A stretch of DNA of 63,566 bases, filler included, from Octopus bimaculoides (taxonomy: Eukaryota): assembly GCF_001194135.2 (NCBI RefSeq). It is 6 parts of 6 records of this genome, joined end to end, with 100 filler letters (N's around TTAATTAATTAA, not from the genome) between each part and the next. Parts side by side here need not be neighbours in the genome. Positions count along the whole stretch, not along the records: positions 1 to 12,820 come from NC_068987.1; positions 12,921 to 39,175 come from NC_068988.1; 4 more parts are not named here. One strand, written 5' to 3'. Under the pieces are notes generated by a model. That model ran no database searches. It saw nothing but the letters and a program-made list of their open reading frames with translations, and was not told where the DNA came from. Shown piece after piece: positions 11,850 to 24,090 of the stretch (position 1 is its first letter; the number at the start of each line of letters is the position of its first letter). Made by a program: the position numbers and the translations under genes.

Positions 11850-12150
11850 GAACGTGGCTTAGTGGGTAGGGTATTCAGCTCACAATCATAAGTTCAGGAG
11901 TTCAATTCCCAATGATGTGTTGTGTCTTTGAACAAGACACTTTATTTCACATTGCTCTAATCCACCAGTCCACTCAGCTGGCAAAAATGAGTAGTACTTG
12001 TATTTCAAAGGGTCAGCCTTGTCACATTTTGTGTCACCGAATCTCCCTGAAAAACTATGTTAAGAGTATGCATGTCTGTGGAATGCTCAACCACTTGCAC
12101 TTTAATTTCATGAGCAGGCTATTCTGTCGACCGGATCAACTGGAACTTAC
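11850..12150 (+). mobile_element. tRNA-headed SINE, body X + tail P
   Basis: A-box-like cgtggcttagtgg, B-box gagttcaattccc. Same body and tail as 1110-1420. Confidence 0.8.
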
Positions 12151-12480
12151 AATGTCAAAATCAACAGTGTCAGAAAATGCACACTCTGCAATGGCCCATA
12201 TACACTGCAAGCCTCCTCAAACTAAAAAGTTTTCTCAAGTCAAATTTAGTTGCCATAAAGAATGCTTTCTTAGTTAAAACACAAGGTACCCAGTTTTATT
12301 AACAAGCTACCTTAAGTGACAGAATATTCATCACTTTACTCAGTATGTTAAAACATCTTCTTAGTTTAATTATTTCATCACTGTAAGTAAACAAATCAAT
12401 GGACCTAATACCCATAGAATATGTAATGAATTCTCAAGCATTCATAAGTGTGAAAGCCAACATTTTAATCAGATAGAAGG

Positions 12481-12620
12481 TTAACCCTTTCGTTACCATA
12501 TTTCTAACCAAATTACACCCCTTATGTGTTTCAATTAATTTCTAACATAATCATAAATTTAGGCTGGTTTCATTAAACAACTCTAACTTTTTTATTTATC
12601 AACATATTAATGTGATTTTT
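12481..12620 (+). mobile_element. Left end of a piggyBac-like non-autonomous element
   Basis: TTAA|CCCTTTCGTTACC terminus. The internal tgtttcaattaattt segment is shared with 21945-22193. Confidence 0.5.
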
Positions 12621-12820
12621 GGAAGATAAATTAACGAAAGGTTCTCAACCAATTCTATACCAAAATTTTTGTCACAAAGTGACTTTAATTACAGGTAAAT
12701 TCAACAAAATATAAAATTATTTAAATTTTTGTTCAAACATCGCTATAGAAAATGGGTTATTAGCTAATATTCAATTGGGTATACAACAAAATATTATTAT
12801 AGAAGAGTTGTGCACATTAC

Positions 12821-12920
12821 NNNNNNNNNNNNNNNNNNNNNNNNNNNNNNNNNNNNNNNNNNNNTTAATTAATTAANNNNNNNNNNNNNNNNNNNNNNNN
12901 NNNNNNNNNNNNNNNNNNNN
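12821..12920. other. Scaffolding spacer N44-TTAATTAATTAA-N44 (also 39176-39275, 51983-52082, 55748-55847, 62463-62562)
   Basis: Identical 100-nt architecture occurs five times. The 12-mer puts a stop in all six frames. Confidence 0.95.
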
Positions 12921-13770
12921 ATATATATATATATATATATATACTTGTTTACGTTACATTCCAACAACCATCTGTACACTACATCTGTACACTACATCTA
13001 GCTTAACTTCATTCTCATATAAAAAATTTCTTGAAATATACACCACACTTAGTATTGTTTATAACTGTCAAGTCTTATCCTAATTCAAACGTAGCTATGC
13101 TTTTCCATTGGACTTTTCTATACAACTTCCTTTACATACACGACTTATTTGGAGTTAGAATTACTTATTTCCTTACTCCTCTATAGAAGGAACATCTCAT
13201 AAAACCTTTTTCACTTATATTTTCAAATAACCGTTAGTTGCCTTTCTTTTAGTTTATACCTAACTAGACTCACATTTTTTTTCTTTCTCATAAGGATAAA
13301 TATGAATATACAAAATCATTCTCTGCTATTTCCTTTATCAAGTCCTTTTTAATAACGTTTTGCTTATATCTCTTGCACTGAGGAGAATAGTGATATATAA
13401 TTAATATAATTTAATTTAATTAAATTAATTTTATTCTTTCTATTCAACTATGAATTTACATGATTTTCATATCACTGTTCGCAACGATCATCTGCTTGAA
13501 TTTAAATTTTCTTAAACTTTAACATCTTCTCTTCTCCATTTTTAACAAATTTGTTGAGTTTTATGGGATTACTTCCCATAAATTCACATAACAAACCATA
13601 TACAAGTATTATTTTCATATTTGCAAACTTATGCCAGTAAGCTACCAGCAAAATAGAAAGAAGCTATATTAGAAATCGTTTGTGGAATCCTCCAAATTCA
13701 AGGACAAAATATAATTAAAACTTTTCGCACATATATGTATATATATGAATATATGTATATATGTATATGC

Positions 13771-13801
<31 letters not shown>

Positions 13802-14074
13802 TATATGTATATATATATGTATATATATGTATATATGTGTATATGTATACACATATATGTACATATGCTGCAATATGTATATAAAAAGGAATACAAAATA
13901 TGGGACAAGAACGCAAAACATCCAGACAGCTAGATGATATAAAAAAATTGGGGATTTGCAGAGGGTCAAAATTGGTAACAAAACATTGCAACCTGCTGTT
14001 TATATTATTGTATATATCTGTACACACACACACATGCACACATACATACATACATACATACATACATATGAGCA

Positions 14075-14355
14075 GATGATTTCAGGCTCAGTCCAACTAA
14101 GTGACACCTTGGATGAGTGTCGAGTGTCTTCTGAGTGCATTTGGCAGACAGGAACTGAATGAAGCCCTTCACATAAATGTATGTGTGTGTTTGCCCCTCA
14201 TCAATGCTAGATATCCACTATTGGTTTGTTTACCTCCCCATAACTTAGCAATTCAGCAAAAGAGACCCAACTGAATAAATACCAGGCTTAAAAGAATAAG
14301 TACTGGGGTCAATTTTGTTTAACTTGACCCTTTCAAAGACTGAAACAAGGAAACA
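14075..14355 (+). mobile_element. Diverged SINE family A copy
   Basis: ggcagacaggaactgaatgaagccc...cataacttagcaattcagcaaaagagac...aagtactggggtc. Confidence 0.65.
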
Positions 14356-14571
14356 AGTAAGAAATAAAATACACACACACAAACATATATATCCTTATCA
14401 TCGTTTAGCATCCATTTTCCATGCTGGCATGGGTTGGACAGCTTGACAGGAGCTAACCAGTTGCAGAGCTGATCATACTCCAATTGTTTGTTGTAGTATG
14501 GTTTCTACAGTTGGATGCCAAACCTAATGCCATCCACTTTACAGATTGTGCTTGGTACTTATATATATAAT

Positions 14572-14574
<3 letters not shown>

Positions 14575-14606
<32 letters not shown>

Positions 14607-14890
14607 TTAAAGTCCGCTTTCCATGCTAGCATGGGTTGAACGATTTGACTGAGGACTGGTGAACCAGATGGCTACACTAGGCTCCAATCTGATTTGGCAA
14701 AGTTTCTACAACTGGATGTCCTTCCTAACGCCAACCACTCCGAGAGTGTAGTGGGTGCTTTTATGTGCCACTGGCATGAAGGCCAGTTAGGCGGTACTGG
14801 CAACGGACACGCTCAAAATGGTGTATTTTACATGCCACCTGCACAGGAGCCAGTCCAGCAGCACTGGCAACGATCTCGCATGAATGTCTT
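14575..14890 (-). mobile_element. Isolated 3' UTR/tail of the RTE LINE
   Basis: High-identity reverse complement of about 17895-18210, including the (GAT)n tail. Confidence 0.9.
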
Positions 14891-15376
14891 TACACGTGCC
14901 ATATATATATATATATATACACATATATAGATATAGATATATAGTCAATTCAAAAAAACACAGAGAACAAGACAAAAACAAATGAACGTGTGGACAAGCA
15001 ATGTATTAATAAGACACTCAGAGAAGGAAAAGAGCAGTAGTTTTATGTTTCACTCATAGCTCTTCTTGGAAACAAGGAAAACAATGAAGTCCAAGAGGAA
15101 GGAGGAAAAGAAATCGCCAACAATCACACGCAGTTTACAAAAAGACAAAAGACTGCAACAGGTGTATTTGTTTGGTGGTCAGGAAAAATAGAAAAGTCTT
15201 TAATGTTTGAGCCTGTACTCTTCGAGAGAAAAGAATGAGGAAAGAAAATAGAGGACGAAAAACAGAGAGAAAAGAACTTGTCTGGATTATTGGTTTCACA
15301 TGTCAAATTGACAAGAAGGAAATAGTTGAAAGGAAGGGGAGATAACAGTATATATACATACATACATTCATACATA

Positions 15377-16729
15377 CAGGGGTTGGACAAAATAATGGAA
15401 ACACCTTAAAATTTCAAATAAATTAATTTTAATATGGGGTAGAACTGCCTTTGGCAGTAGTTACAGCTTGAGTTCTATGACGTATGGACTTGTACAAAGC
15501 ATGAATTGTTTCCAAAGAAATTTTTGTCCATTCTTCAGCTAGAACAGTCTCCAGTTCTTGTAGTGATGATGGTGGAGGATATCAACTCCTTACTTGTTTT
15601 TATAAAATACACCATAAATGTTTGATATTGAGGTCTGGGGACTGTGGTGGCCAGATAAGATGTTCAACTTCACTAGATTGTTCCTCATGCCATTCAGTAA
15701 CAACTTTAGCTGTGTGAATTGGCGCATTATCATCTTGAAAGATAGCATTTGCCTCTGGAAACAGTTCTGCAAACATAGGATGAATTAGATCAGATAAAAT
15801 GGTTAAATAGTCTTGACTATTAATGCTGCCATTAAGAGAAACCATTGGGCTGGCAGATTTCCAAGATATAGCCCCTCCCAAATCATCACAGATCCTCCTC
15901 CATGTTTAACAGTTGGAAGAAGGCAGTCTGGGTCAAATGCTTCTTTTGGCTGTCTCTACACATATACTCAGCCAGTGATCGGAAATAAGGTAAAGGATGA
16001 CTCGTCTGAGAAAGAAACATTCTTCCACTGCTCTAGGGACCAATTCTGTAGGCTTTTACTCCACTCTTAAAGCTTTGCAACATTTGTTTTTGAAAGTAGT
16101 GGTTTTCTGATTGCAGCCCGCCCCTGAAATCCGGCTTTGTGCAGCTCCTGGCAAACAGTTTTTGTAGAAACTGGGTTCTCAAGGTGGTCATTAAGCACTG
16201 CAGTAATTTTGGGAGCTGTACTTTTGTGATCCTTTCTAACAATTTGTGTAAGAGTCCGACAATCCCTATCTGAAAGTTTTTGGTTTTCTTCCAGAGTTTT
16301 GTTTCGACGAGGAGGTTTTTCCCTCTTTCTCAAAGGCTGTTATTACTTTCAAGACAGTACTTCTTATTTCATTACTGCCCACAAGGAGCTACACACAGAG
16401 GGGACATTATCAAGACAGTATCAAGACAGTAACAAGATAGTACTTCGTGATACACCGAACCTTTTGGCTGTTTTCATTACGCTAGTGTCTGCCATATGAA
16501 CACCAACAATTGGAGCTCTTTGAAAGTCTGACAGATCTGTTATTCTAATGAATTTTAATTATCTTCTGATGATATCTGAAAAGAAACAGCATTTTTAGCA
16601 AAACATATTAAGGAACTCTAATAATAAATCAAAAAACATAAAAATAAACAAGCTTATGATGGTTTTATAGATATTTCAAAATTATGATGCTATAATGCTA
16701 GTTGTTTCCATTATTTTGTCCATACATAA
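15377..16729 (-). mobile_element. Tc1-like transposon with decayed transposase (about 16498-15429)
   Basis: TA|CAGGGGTTGGACAAAATAATGGAAACACC left TIR with a matching right TIR at 16701-16722. Motifs SDES, VKHGGGSVMIWG, FQDDNAPIH, WPPQSPDLN. Several stops and frameshifts. Confidence 0.92.
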
Positions 16730-16831
16730 TGTTCATACATACATAAAAGACTATCCTGAAATAAACTTAGAAAATCCCACTGTTATGGAATTTGTTCATA
16801 AACACCAACTCAAGAAATACTGGTGGAATAT

Positions 16832-18210
16832 TCCCGGTAGATGGCCCTGCTCGATATGTAGAAAAGGCGTAGGTAGAAACTCTATAAAATGTACCCAGTG
16901 CAAGCTATGGACACATAAGAGGTGGGGCAATATCAAAGGTAGGTCAACTAGGAAGTTACTTTTTGTATGTGGCAGATGTTCAAGAGCAATAAACACTGAA
17001 AATGTGCAGAAAACAACTTCGGCCACATTCCAGGGAGAAAAACTGGACTTAGTTGATAGCTTCCGCTATCTAGGTGATCAAGTTAGTAGTGGGGGAGGGT
17101 GTGCTGAAAGTGTAGCTGCTAGAATAAGAATAGCCTGGGCAAAGTTCAGAGAGCTCTTACCTCTGCTGGTGACAAGGAGCCTCTCACTCAGAGTAAAAGG
17201 CAGACTGTATGACGAATGTGTACAAACAGCCATGCTTCATGGTAGTGAAACATGGGCCGTGACTGCCGAGGACATGTGTAAGCTCGCAAGGAATGAAGCC
17301 AGTATGCTCTAATGGATGTGTAATGTCAGTGTGCATACCCGACAGAGTGTAAGTACCTTGAGAGAAAAGTTGAACCTAAGAAGCATCAGTTATGGTGTGC
17401 AAGAGAGACAATTACGCTTGTATAGACATGTTGTGAGAATGGATGAGGATAGCTGTGTGAAATAGTGCCACACCCTAATGGCTGTGGGAAACTGTGGAAG
17501 AGGTAAGCCCAGGAAGACCTGGGATGAGGTGGTGAGGCATGACCTTCGAACATTGGGCCTCACCGAAGCGATGACTTCTGACCGAGACCTTTGGAAATAT
17601 GCTGTGCATGAGAAGACCCGGCAAGCCAAGTGAGACCTAAATCCAAGGCCTCTGCCAGGGGTTTAGCCAGCCCACTTATGTGTACCTTCCTAAATTGGAC
17701 ACTAAACTCCGCTTGTGAAGACCTGTTGAGGCAAGTGAAATCGAAATCGAACTAAATTCGACGACTGGCACCCATGCAAACGTCACCTCCTTCATTGGAC
17801 ACGAAACTCGGCTTGCAAAGACCTGTTGGGGCAAGTGAAAGCGAAATCGTGATGGCACCTGTGTCCAGCGTCGCCTTCCTGGCACTTATACTGGTGGCAC
17901 ATGTAAAGACATTGGAGCGAGATCGTTGCCAGTACCGCTGGACTGGATCCTGTGCAGGTGGCACGTAAAATACACCATTTTGAGCATGGCCGTTGCCAGT
18001 ACCGCCTGACTGGCCTTCGTGCCGGTGGCATGTAAAAGCACCCACTACACTGTTGGAGTAGTTGGCGTTAGGAAGGGCATCCAACTATAGAAACTCTGTC
18101 AAATCAGATTGGAGCTTAGTGTAGCCATCTGGTTCACCAGTCCTCAGTCAAATCGTCCAACCCGTGTTAGCATGGAAAGCGGACGTTAAACCATGATGAT
18201 GATGATGGTG
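16832..18210 (+). mobile_element. 5'-truncated RTE-clade LINE: ORF2 C-terminus (to about 17631) plus long 3' UTR and (GAT)n tail
   Basis: Cys-rich finger, then VDSFRYLGD, RIRIAWAKFRELLP, LHGSETW, GRGKPRKTW. Two in-frame stops. Confidence 0.92.
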
Positions 18211-18219
18211 TATACACAT

Positions 18220-18690
18220 AACAACTTCTGCCACATTCCAGGGAGAAAAACTAGACGTAGTTGATAGCTTCCGCTATCTAGGTGATCAAGTTAGTAGTGG
18301 GGGAGGGTGTGCTGAAAGTGTCGCTGCTAGAATAAGAATAGCCTGGGCAAAGTTCAGAGAGCTCTTACCTCTGCTGGTGACAAAGGGCCTCTCTCTCAGA
18401 GTAAAAGGCAGACTGTAAGACGCATGTGTACAAACAGCCATGCTTCATGGCAGTGTAACATGCGCCGTGACTGTTAAAGATATGCGTAGGCTCACAAGGA
18501 ATGAAGCCAGTATGCTCCGATGGATGTGTAATTTCAGTGTGCATACTAGACAGATTATCAGTACTTTGAGAGAAAAGTTGAACCTCAGAAGCATCAGTTG
18601 TGGCCACCCGGTTCACCAGTCCTCAGTCAAATCATCCAACCCATGCTAACATGGAAAGCGGACGTTAAGCGATGATGATGATGATGATAT
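18220..18690 (+). mobile_element. Second RTE copy in head-to-tail tandem, 5'-truncated and internally deleted
   Basis: 18220-18603 repeats about 17013-17395, then jumps straight to the terminal tail ggttcaccagtcctcagtcaaatc...(gat)n. Confidence 0.9.
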
Positions 18691-19438
18691 ATATACACAT
18701 ATATATTTATACATATACACATATATATGTGTATACGTACATACATACATACATATATATATAAAGGAAAGATCCAAGGATCAAGGTGTAGGAAGATAGT
18801 AAGCTTCAAGAAGTTCATAGAAGGTGTAAAAGAACAACTTTCAAGAACAGTAGTGGTTTATTGATGCAGAAGGTTGTAAATTTTTCCCACATAGAGGTTT
18901 GATAAGCTGAAAAAATTGTTTTATAGCTAACAGTTAGTCACAGGAGTTGCTGTGCATGCAAGTAGAAATCTAATATTAGGGAATGGAGTAGATAAACATA
19001 TGTAGCCTGGATTTTATCTCCTCCATTCCCTAATTTTGTATATATATATATATATATAATCTACAAGACTAGGTGAAAGCGCTAATTTATAAAACATGTG
19101 ACATATGAATAAAAATCTGTAAATATACAACCATCCAGACATCTGAGTACCTGATTATTATTTTTTCTAATATATAATTCCTGTACATCACCTCCAAACC
19201 TTCCAATATATATATACATATATATATNNNNNNNNNNNNNNNNNNNNNNNNNNNNNNNNNNNNNNNNNNNNNNNNNNNNNNNNNNNNNNNNNNNNNNNNN
19301 NNNNNNNNNNNNNNNNNNNNNNNNNNNNNNNNNNNNNNNNNNNNNNNNNNNNNNNNNNNNNNNNNNNNNNNNNNNNNNNNNNNNNNNNNNNNNNNNNNNN
19401 NNNNNNNNNNNNNNNNNNNNNNNNNNNNNNNNNNNNNN

Positions 19439-19472
<34 letters not shown>

Positions 19473-19960
19473 TATAACTTTGCATTTTTTAAATGGTAGT
19501 TGTCTACCAGTGTACTCATAAATGACCAATGCTACTTGTTGCTAGTTACCATATATTATTCCCAGCATGCTAAGTTAAGTGTATGGGATTTTTATGTATG
19601 TGGTACTCCATGCAGCGGGGAATAAATATATTAATTACAGGAAATACTTCATGGATGGAGATTTTATAAAATCTCCAGCCCTGAAGTATTTCTCATATCT
19701 ATCTATCTCTCTCTCTGTATATATATATATATATATTTATTTATTTATATATATCATCATCATCATCATCATCATCATCATCGTTTAACGTCCGCTTTCC
19801 ATGCTAGCATGGGTTAGACGACACACACACACATACATAGGTGTGCATGCATCTATTTATCTCTATCTGAACAACCACTTTCTTTTAGGTAGATAGATGC
19901 ACACATACACACACATGCATGCGCGCACACACACACACATACACACACACAAGCACATAC

Positions 19961-19998
<38 letters not shown>

Positions 19999-20921
19999 AT
20001 CATCCAGTGAATCATTTTAATGCGTGTATTGGCTTTAAATAACAATCCCACTTTCTGTAACCTCTGACCCCCAAGATCATATTTCATTAGATAGATTTTT
20101 CACATTGCCACTTGTCAAAGTAAGGGTTATTCACCCTCTGCAACCACATGGTGTGTGATATTGTTAACTCAGTCAATATTCAGCCATAGCTCAAGCATTT
20201 TTATTATTGTTTTGTGAAATGTTTTTCTGAATGGAGATTTCTTGTGAGCTGTTGTATACATTTTGTGGTGTAGGGTAGAGGATAACTATAAAAACAGCCT
20301 CTTATACTACAGTAAGTAATGTTTGACCAGCAGGCTCTGTGTGTTATGAGTGTGTATGTATGTGTGTATGTATGTGTGTGTGTGTCTGTGCATTTGTGTA
20401 TAGATGTGTGTGTGCATACATACACAAGCATTCATACATAGATTTGTGTATACATACATTCATAGACATATGTATACATACACACATTCATAAGTACATA
20501 CATGCATACATTTATGCATACATACATATATATATATATGCTTGCATTTATACATGCACACGTTCATGCACACTTACATGCAAATGTACACACACACACA
20601 TACACACACACTCATATATATATATATATATATATATACATACATGCATATATACTTGCATNNNNNNNNNNNNNNNNNNNNNNNNNNNNNNNNNNNNNNN
20701 NNNNNNNNNNNNNNNNNNNNNNNNNNNNNNNNNNNNNNNNNNNNNNNNNNNNNNNNNNNNNNNNNNNNNNNNNNNNNNNNNNNNNNNNNNNNNNNNNNNN
20801 NNNNNNNNNNNNNNNNNNNNNNNNNNNNNNNNNNNNNNNNNNNNNNNNNNNNNNNNNNNNNNNNNNNNNNNNNNNNNNNNNNNNNNNNNNNNNNNNNNNN
20901 NNNNNNNNNNNNNNNNNNNNN

Positions 20922-20974
<53 letters not shown>

Positions 20975-21944
20975 CATGCATACATACATACATATATATA
21001 TACCTACATATATATACCTACATATATACCTACATGCATGCATACATACATACATACATCTTGTATTCTTGTATTTACTGATCTCTGTTATCTGCTGTGC
21101 TTATGGCTTTCTCGTTGCTCTTTAAATCTGGTATCTTTAGTTTGACAACACGTACAAGAATTCTCCTATCGAAATGTATAGCATGTCAACATTGTATGCT
21201 GAAGGGAACTATAGTATTTTTCATCTAAGAAACCACTTTTACTATTCTGAAGTGATATCTTTGGAATTGCTTATCTCTAGGATAGTATTACCGAAAACGT
21301 TTTATCTGACTTTGCTTCATTGTGCACTGTTTGCCTTCACAGAACCATCATAAATTCTCATAAGCTAGCAAGTAATATTTTAATCATACTATCAACCATA
21401 TCTTTGTTCTTTTAAGACCTACAAAGCAATTTATCAATATGTACTTTTGAATACAATGCTTACTTTTGCAAAATAAAATCTTGTTCTTCTATTGTAGAAT
21501 ATTTCCATATCTTCATGTGGTCTTGATTCAGAACACAATCTGACAACACATTAATTTGAAGGTTATACTGATATAAAAAAATATCACTAAGTTGTAGTAG
21601 ACCTCACTGCACCACTGTGTTAAGTCATCGCTTACACTCAAGTTATTATTTCTTTGTATTACTACGCAGCTGTTTCATATCTCAGTGTATACCTTTTGTT
21701 ACTATTTCTGATAAAATAAACTGGTTTTCTTTTTTTTTTGTTNNNNNNNNNNNNNNNNNNNNNNNNNNNNNNNNNNNNNNNNNNNNNNNNNNNNNNNNNN
21801 NNNNNNNNNNNNNNNNNNNNNNNNNNNNNNNNNNNNNNNNNNNNNNNNNNNNNNNNNNNNNNNNNNNNNNNNNNNNNNNNNNNNNNNNNTACACTCAAGT
21901 TATTATTTCTTTGTATTACTACGCAGCTGTTTCATATCTCAGTG

Positions 21945-22385
21945 TATACCTTTTGTTACTATTTCTGATAAAATAAACTGGTTTTCTTTTTTTTTTGTTT
22001 CAATTAATTTTGAAATTAACGAAGAATTTATCAGAATATCTTAGTCATGATTAAGATGGTATTTAGAATATAACTTATTGTAAAATTTTACTAGAAAGTA
22101 TTAAGTATGCATTACCATAGAACTAAGATGCTAGTACCATAGAACTAGAACAGTCTTAAGCAGGTTGGTATCAAAAGGGTCAAATGTAATGTTTATTCAT
22201 TCATATTGTTTTCAATTAATCCTGCATTAACTTGTAGTTTCAAGATTTTGATGATTTGATTCTTTGTTTTTAGAATGACAGTGTAGAGTCTGTGTGAGAG
22301 GCTGGATCTGACCCAGTTTCAATATAGATCCAGATAGAATATTTGGGCCAGATATAGCCAGTTTAAATGCTAAAGGATTAAAGCT
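21945..22385 (+). mobile_element. Two adjacent piggyBac-like MITE fragments
   Basis: First runs cctttTGTTACT...ggtatcaaaaggg. Second ends tttaaatgctaaaggattaa and is homologous to 37490-37715 and 11276-11450. Confidence 0.55.
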
Positions 22386-22559
22386 ACGAGAACATAGCAC
22401 AGGTGCATTCTACCACAGTCAAGGGTCAGGTTCATCTGACCCCTTTGGAATCAGCAACTGTGTTGAAGTGTATTGGGAAACCATTTTTATTTGGAACGTT
22501 ATACATTCATACATATAAATATACATACAAATATACTTACACACAAACATACACACACA

Positions 22560-23424
22560 CAGGGTGCGATGGGTAAATTGTCACCATTTTATCATTTTTA
22601 TTTTGTGCATGCGCATTGTTTGATTTAGTATAGTAGCATCAGTTGGGTAACGTCTGTGAGAAAAACAACACCATGATGCAGTTCACTCTGCCAGAAATTT
22701 GGAAACGACATGCTGTACTGCTTGGTATTCATGCCAGAAGCTCCAGTATGAACATTTCAGAGTGTTTGGGTGTAAATCTGAGGACAGTGCAATCTGAGGA
22801 CATGTACTGAGAGTGATAAAAATCAAACATCCAGTCAACATCAAGCTATTTGGAGTGATCACTGGCAATGGCGACGGTATGCCTCCATTCATCTTCTCAC
22901 ACAGGCTCAGACTCAACACAGAGGCCTACATCAGATGCCTGGAGGTGGTAGTGCTGCCCTGGGTCAAGAGAGTGTCTTCTGGAAGACTCTATGTCTGGCA
23001 ACAAGGACTCTGCACCATGCTACACAAGCAGGAGAACCCAGTCATGGCTGTCAGACAATTCCTGCAACCACATCACCCCTAACATCTGGCCACCTAACTC
23101 CCCAGACTGCAACCTCCACTTGATTATTATGTGTGAGGAGCAGTTGAGCAAGAGACCAACAAAACTCCTTGTAACACCAAAGATGAACTGAAGGCAAGGA
23201 TTATGGCAGCATTGACCAGCTTAAACAAGGAGACCATCCAGAAGAGTTACAGGAGATTCCAAAGTCGTCTGGAGGCCGTGGTTGAAGCCAATGGTGATTT
23301 TATTGAATAAATTTACTTTTTAGTATTTCAAGATATTTTTCTGTAAATATATCTGTTAAAATGAGATGTCAGTATTATTTTCATTTTTGTGTAATTTAGA
23401 TGACAATTTATTCACCATACCTTG
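22560..23424 (+). mobile_element. Internally deleted maT-like (DD37D) Tc1/mariner element
   Basis: TIRs cagggtgcgatgggtaaattgtcacc / gatgacaatttattcaccataccttg|TA. Motifs WQQDSAP and WPPNSPDCN(P)LDYYV; 37 residues between the Asps after repairing a frameshift. Confidence 0.85.
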
Positions 23425-23700
23425 TATATAAGTTAAAGTTTAGATTTAAATTTAAAATTTAAACTGCATTTCGGTTATGTCCTTAGTAGTATACCGGCAA
23501 AGCACATTCACTGCTTATGGCTACCTGGTGTAATCCACAGTAATTGCACAATCGTTGCTGGATCTACATTAGGAATTCCTCAGTGCATGTCGTGTAGAGT
23601 AGAAACAATTGATACGGAAGATAGAGTATACTAGAAACTTTATTTATCACAACGATGAATAAAGTTTCCAGTATACTCTATCTTCCATATCAATTGTTTC

Positions 23701-23745
<45 letters not shown>

Positions 23746-24090
23746 TACTTACACATGAACACACACATATACACACACACACACACATGCACATATATAT
23801 ATATGCAAACATATTCACAACCAAGCAAAAGCAAAAATCATAGATGCCACCACCACCACTACCGTACATAAACACAACCATACATGCACTAACGCACATA
23901 AACTTATACACACCAATGCACACTCACACACACATACAAAAGTTGTTACTCTGCTAAAATATAACCACGTTTTATATTATTGGAACATTAAGATTTCCTT
24001 GGTATGGTGGGGTCATATGTTGTTGATCTTACAGATGAACATCATCTTTGGCACCACCACATTACCATGGGTGTGGTTTAGCTCTAGGTA

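Noticed and set aside
12865-12876. TTAATTAATTAA repeated five times in the window
   Set aside because: Always centred in exactly 44+44 Ns. It is a synthetic six-frame-stop scaffolding spacer, not genomic sequence.
16695-17312. 205-aa ORF suggesting a host-LINE fusion gene
   Set aside because: The first about 45 codons come from the Tc1 TIR and spacer and are in frame with RTE ORF2 by chance. It ends at a nonsense mutation.
21633-21999. 110-bp exact direct repeat
   Set aside because: The copies abut either side of an N gap (21743-21889), typical of an unmerged contig overlap.
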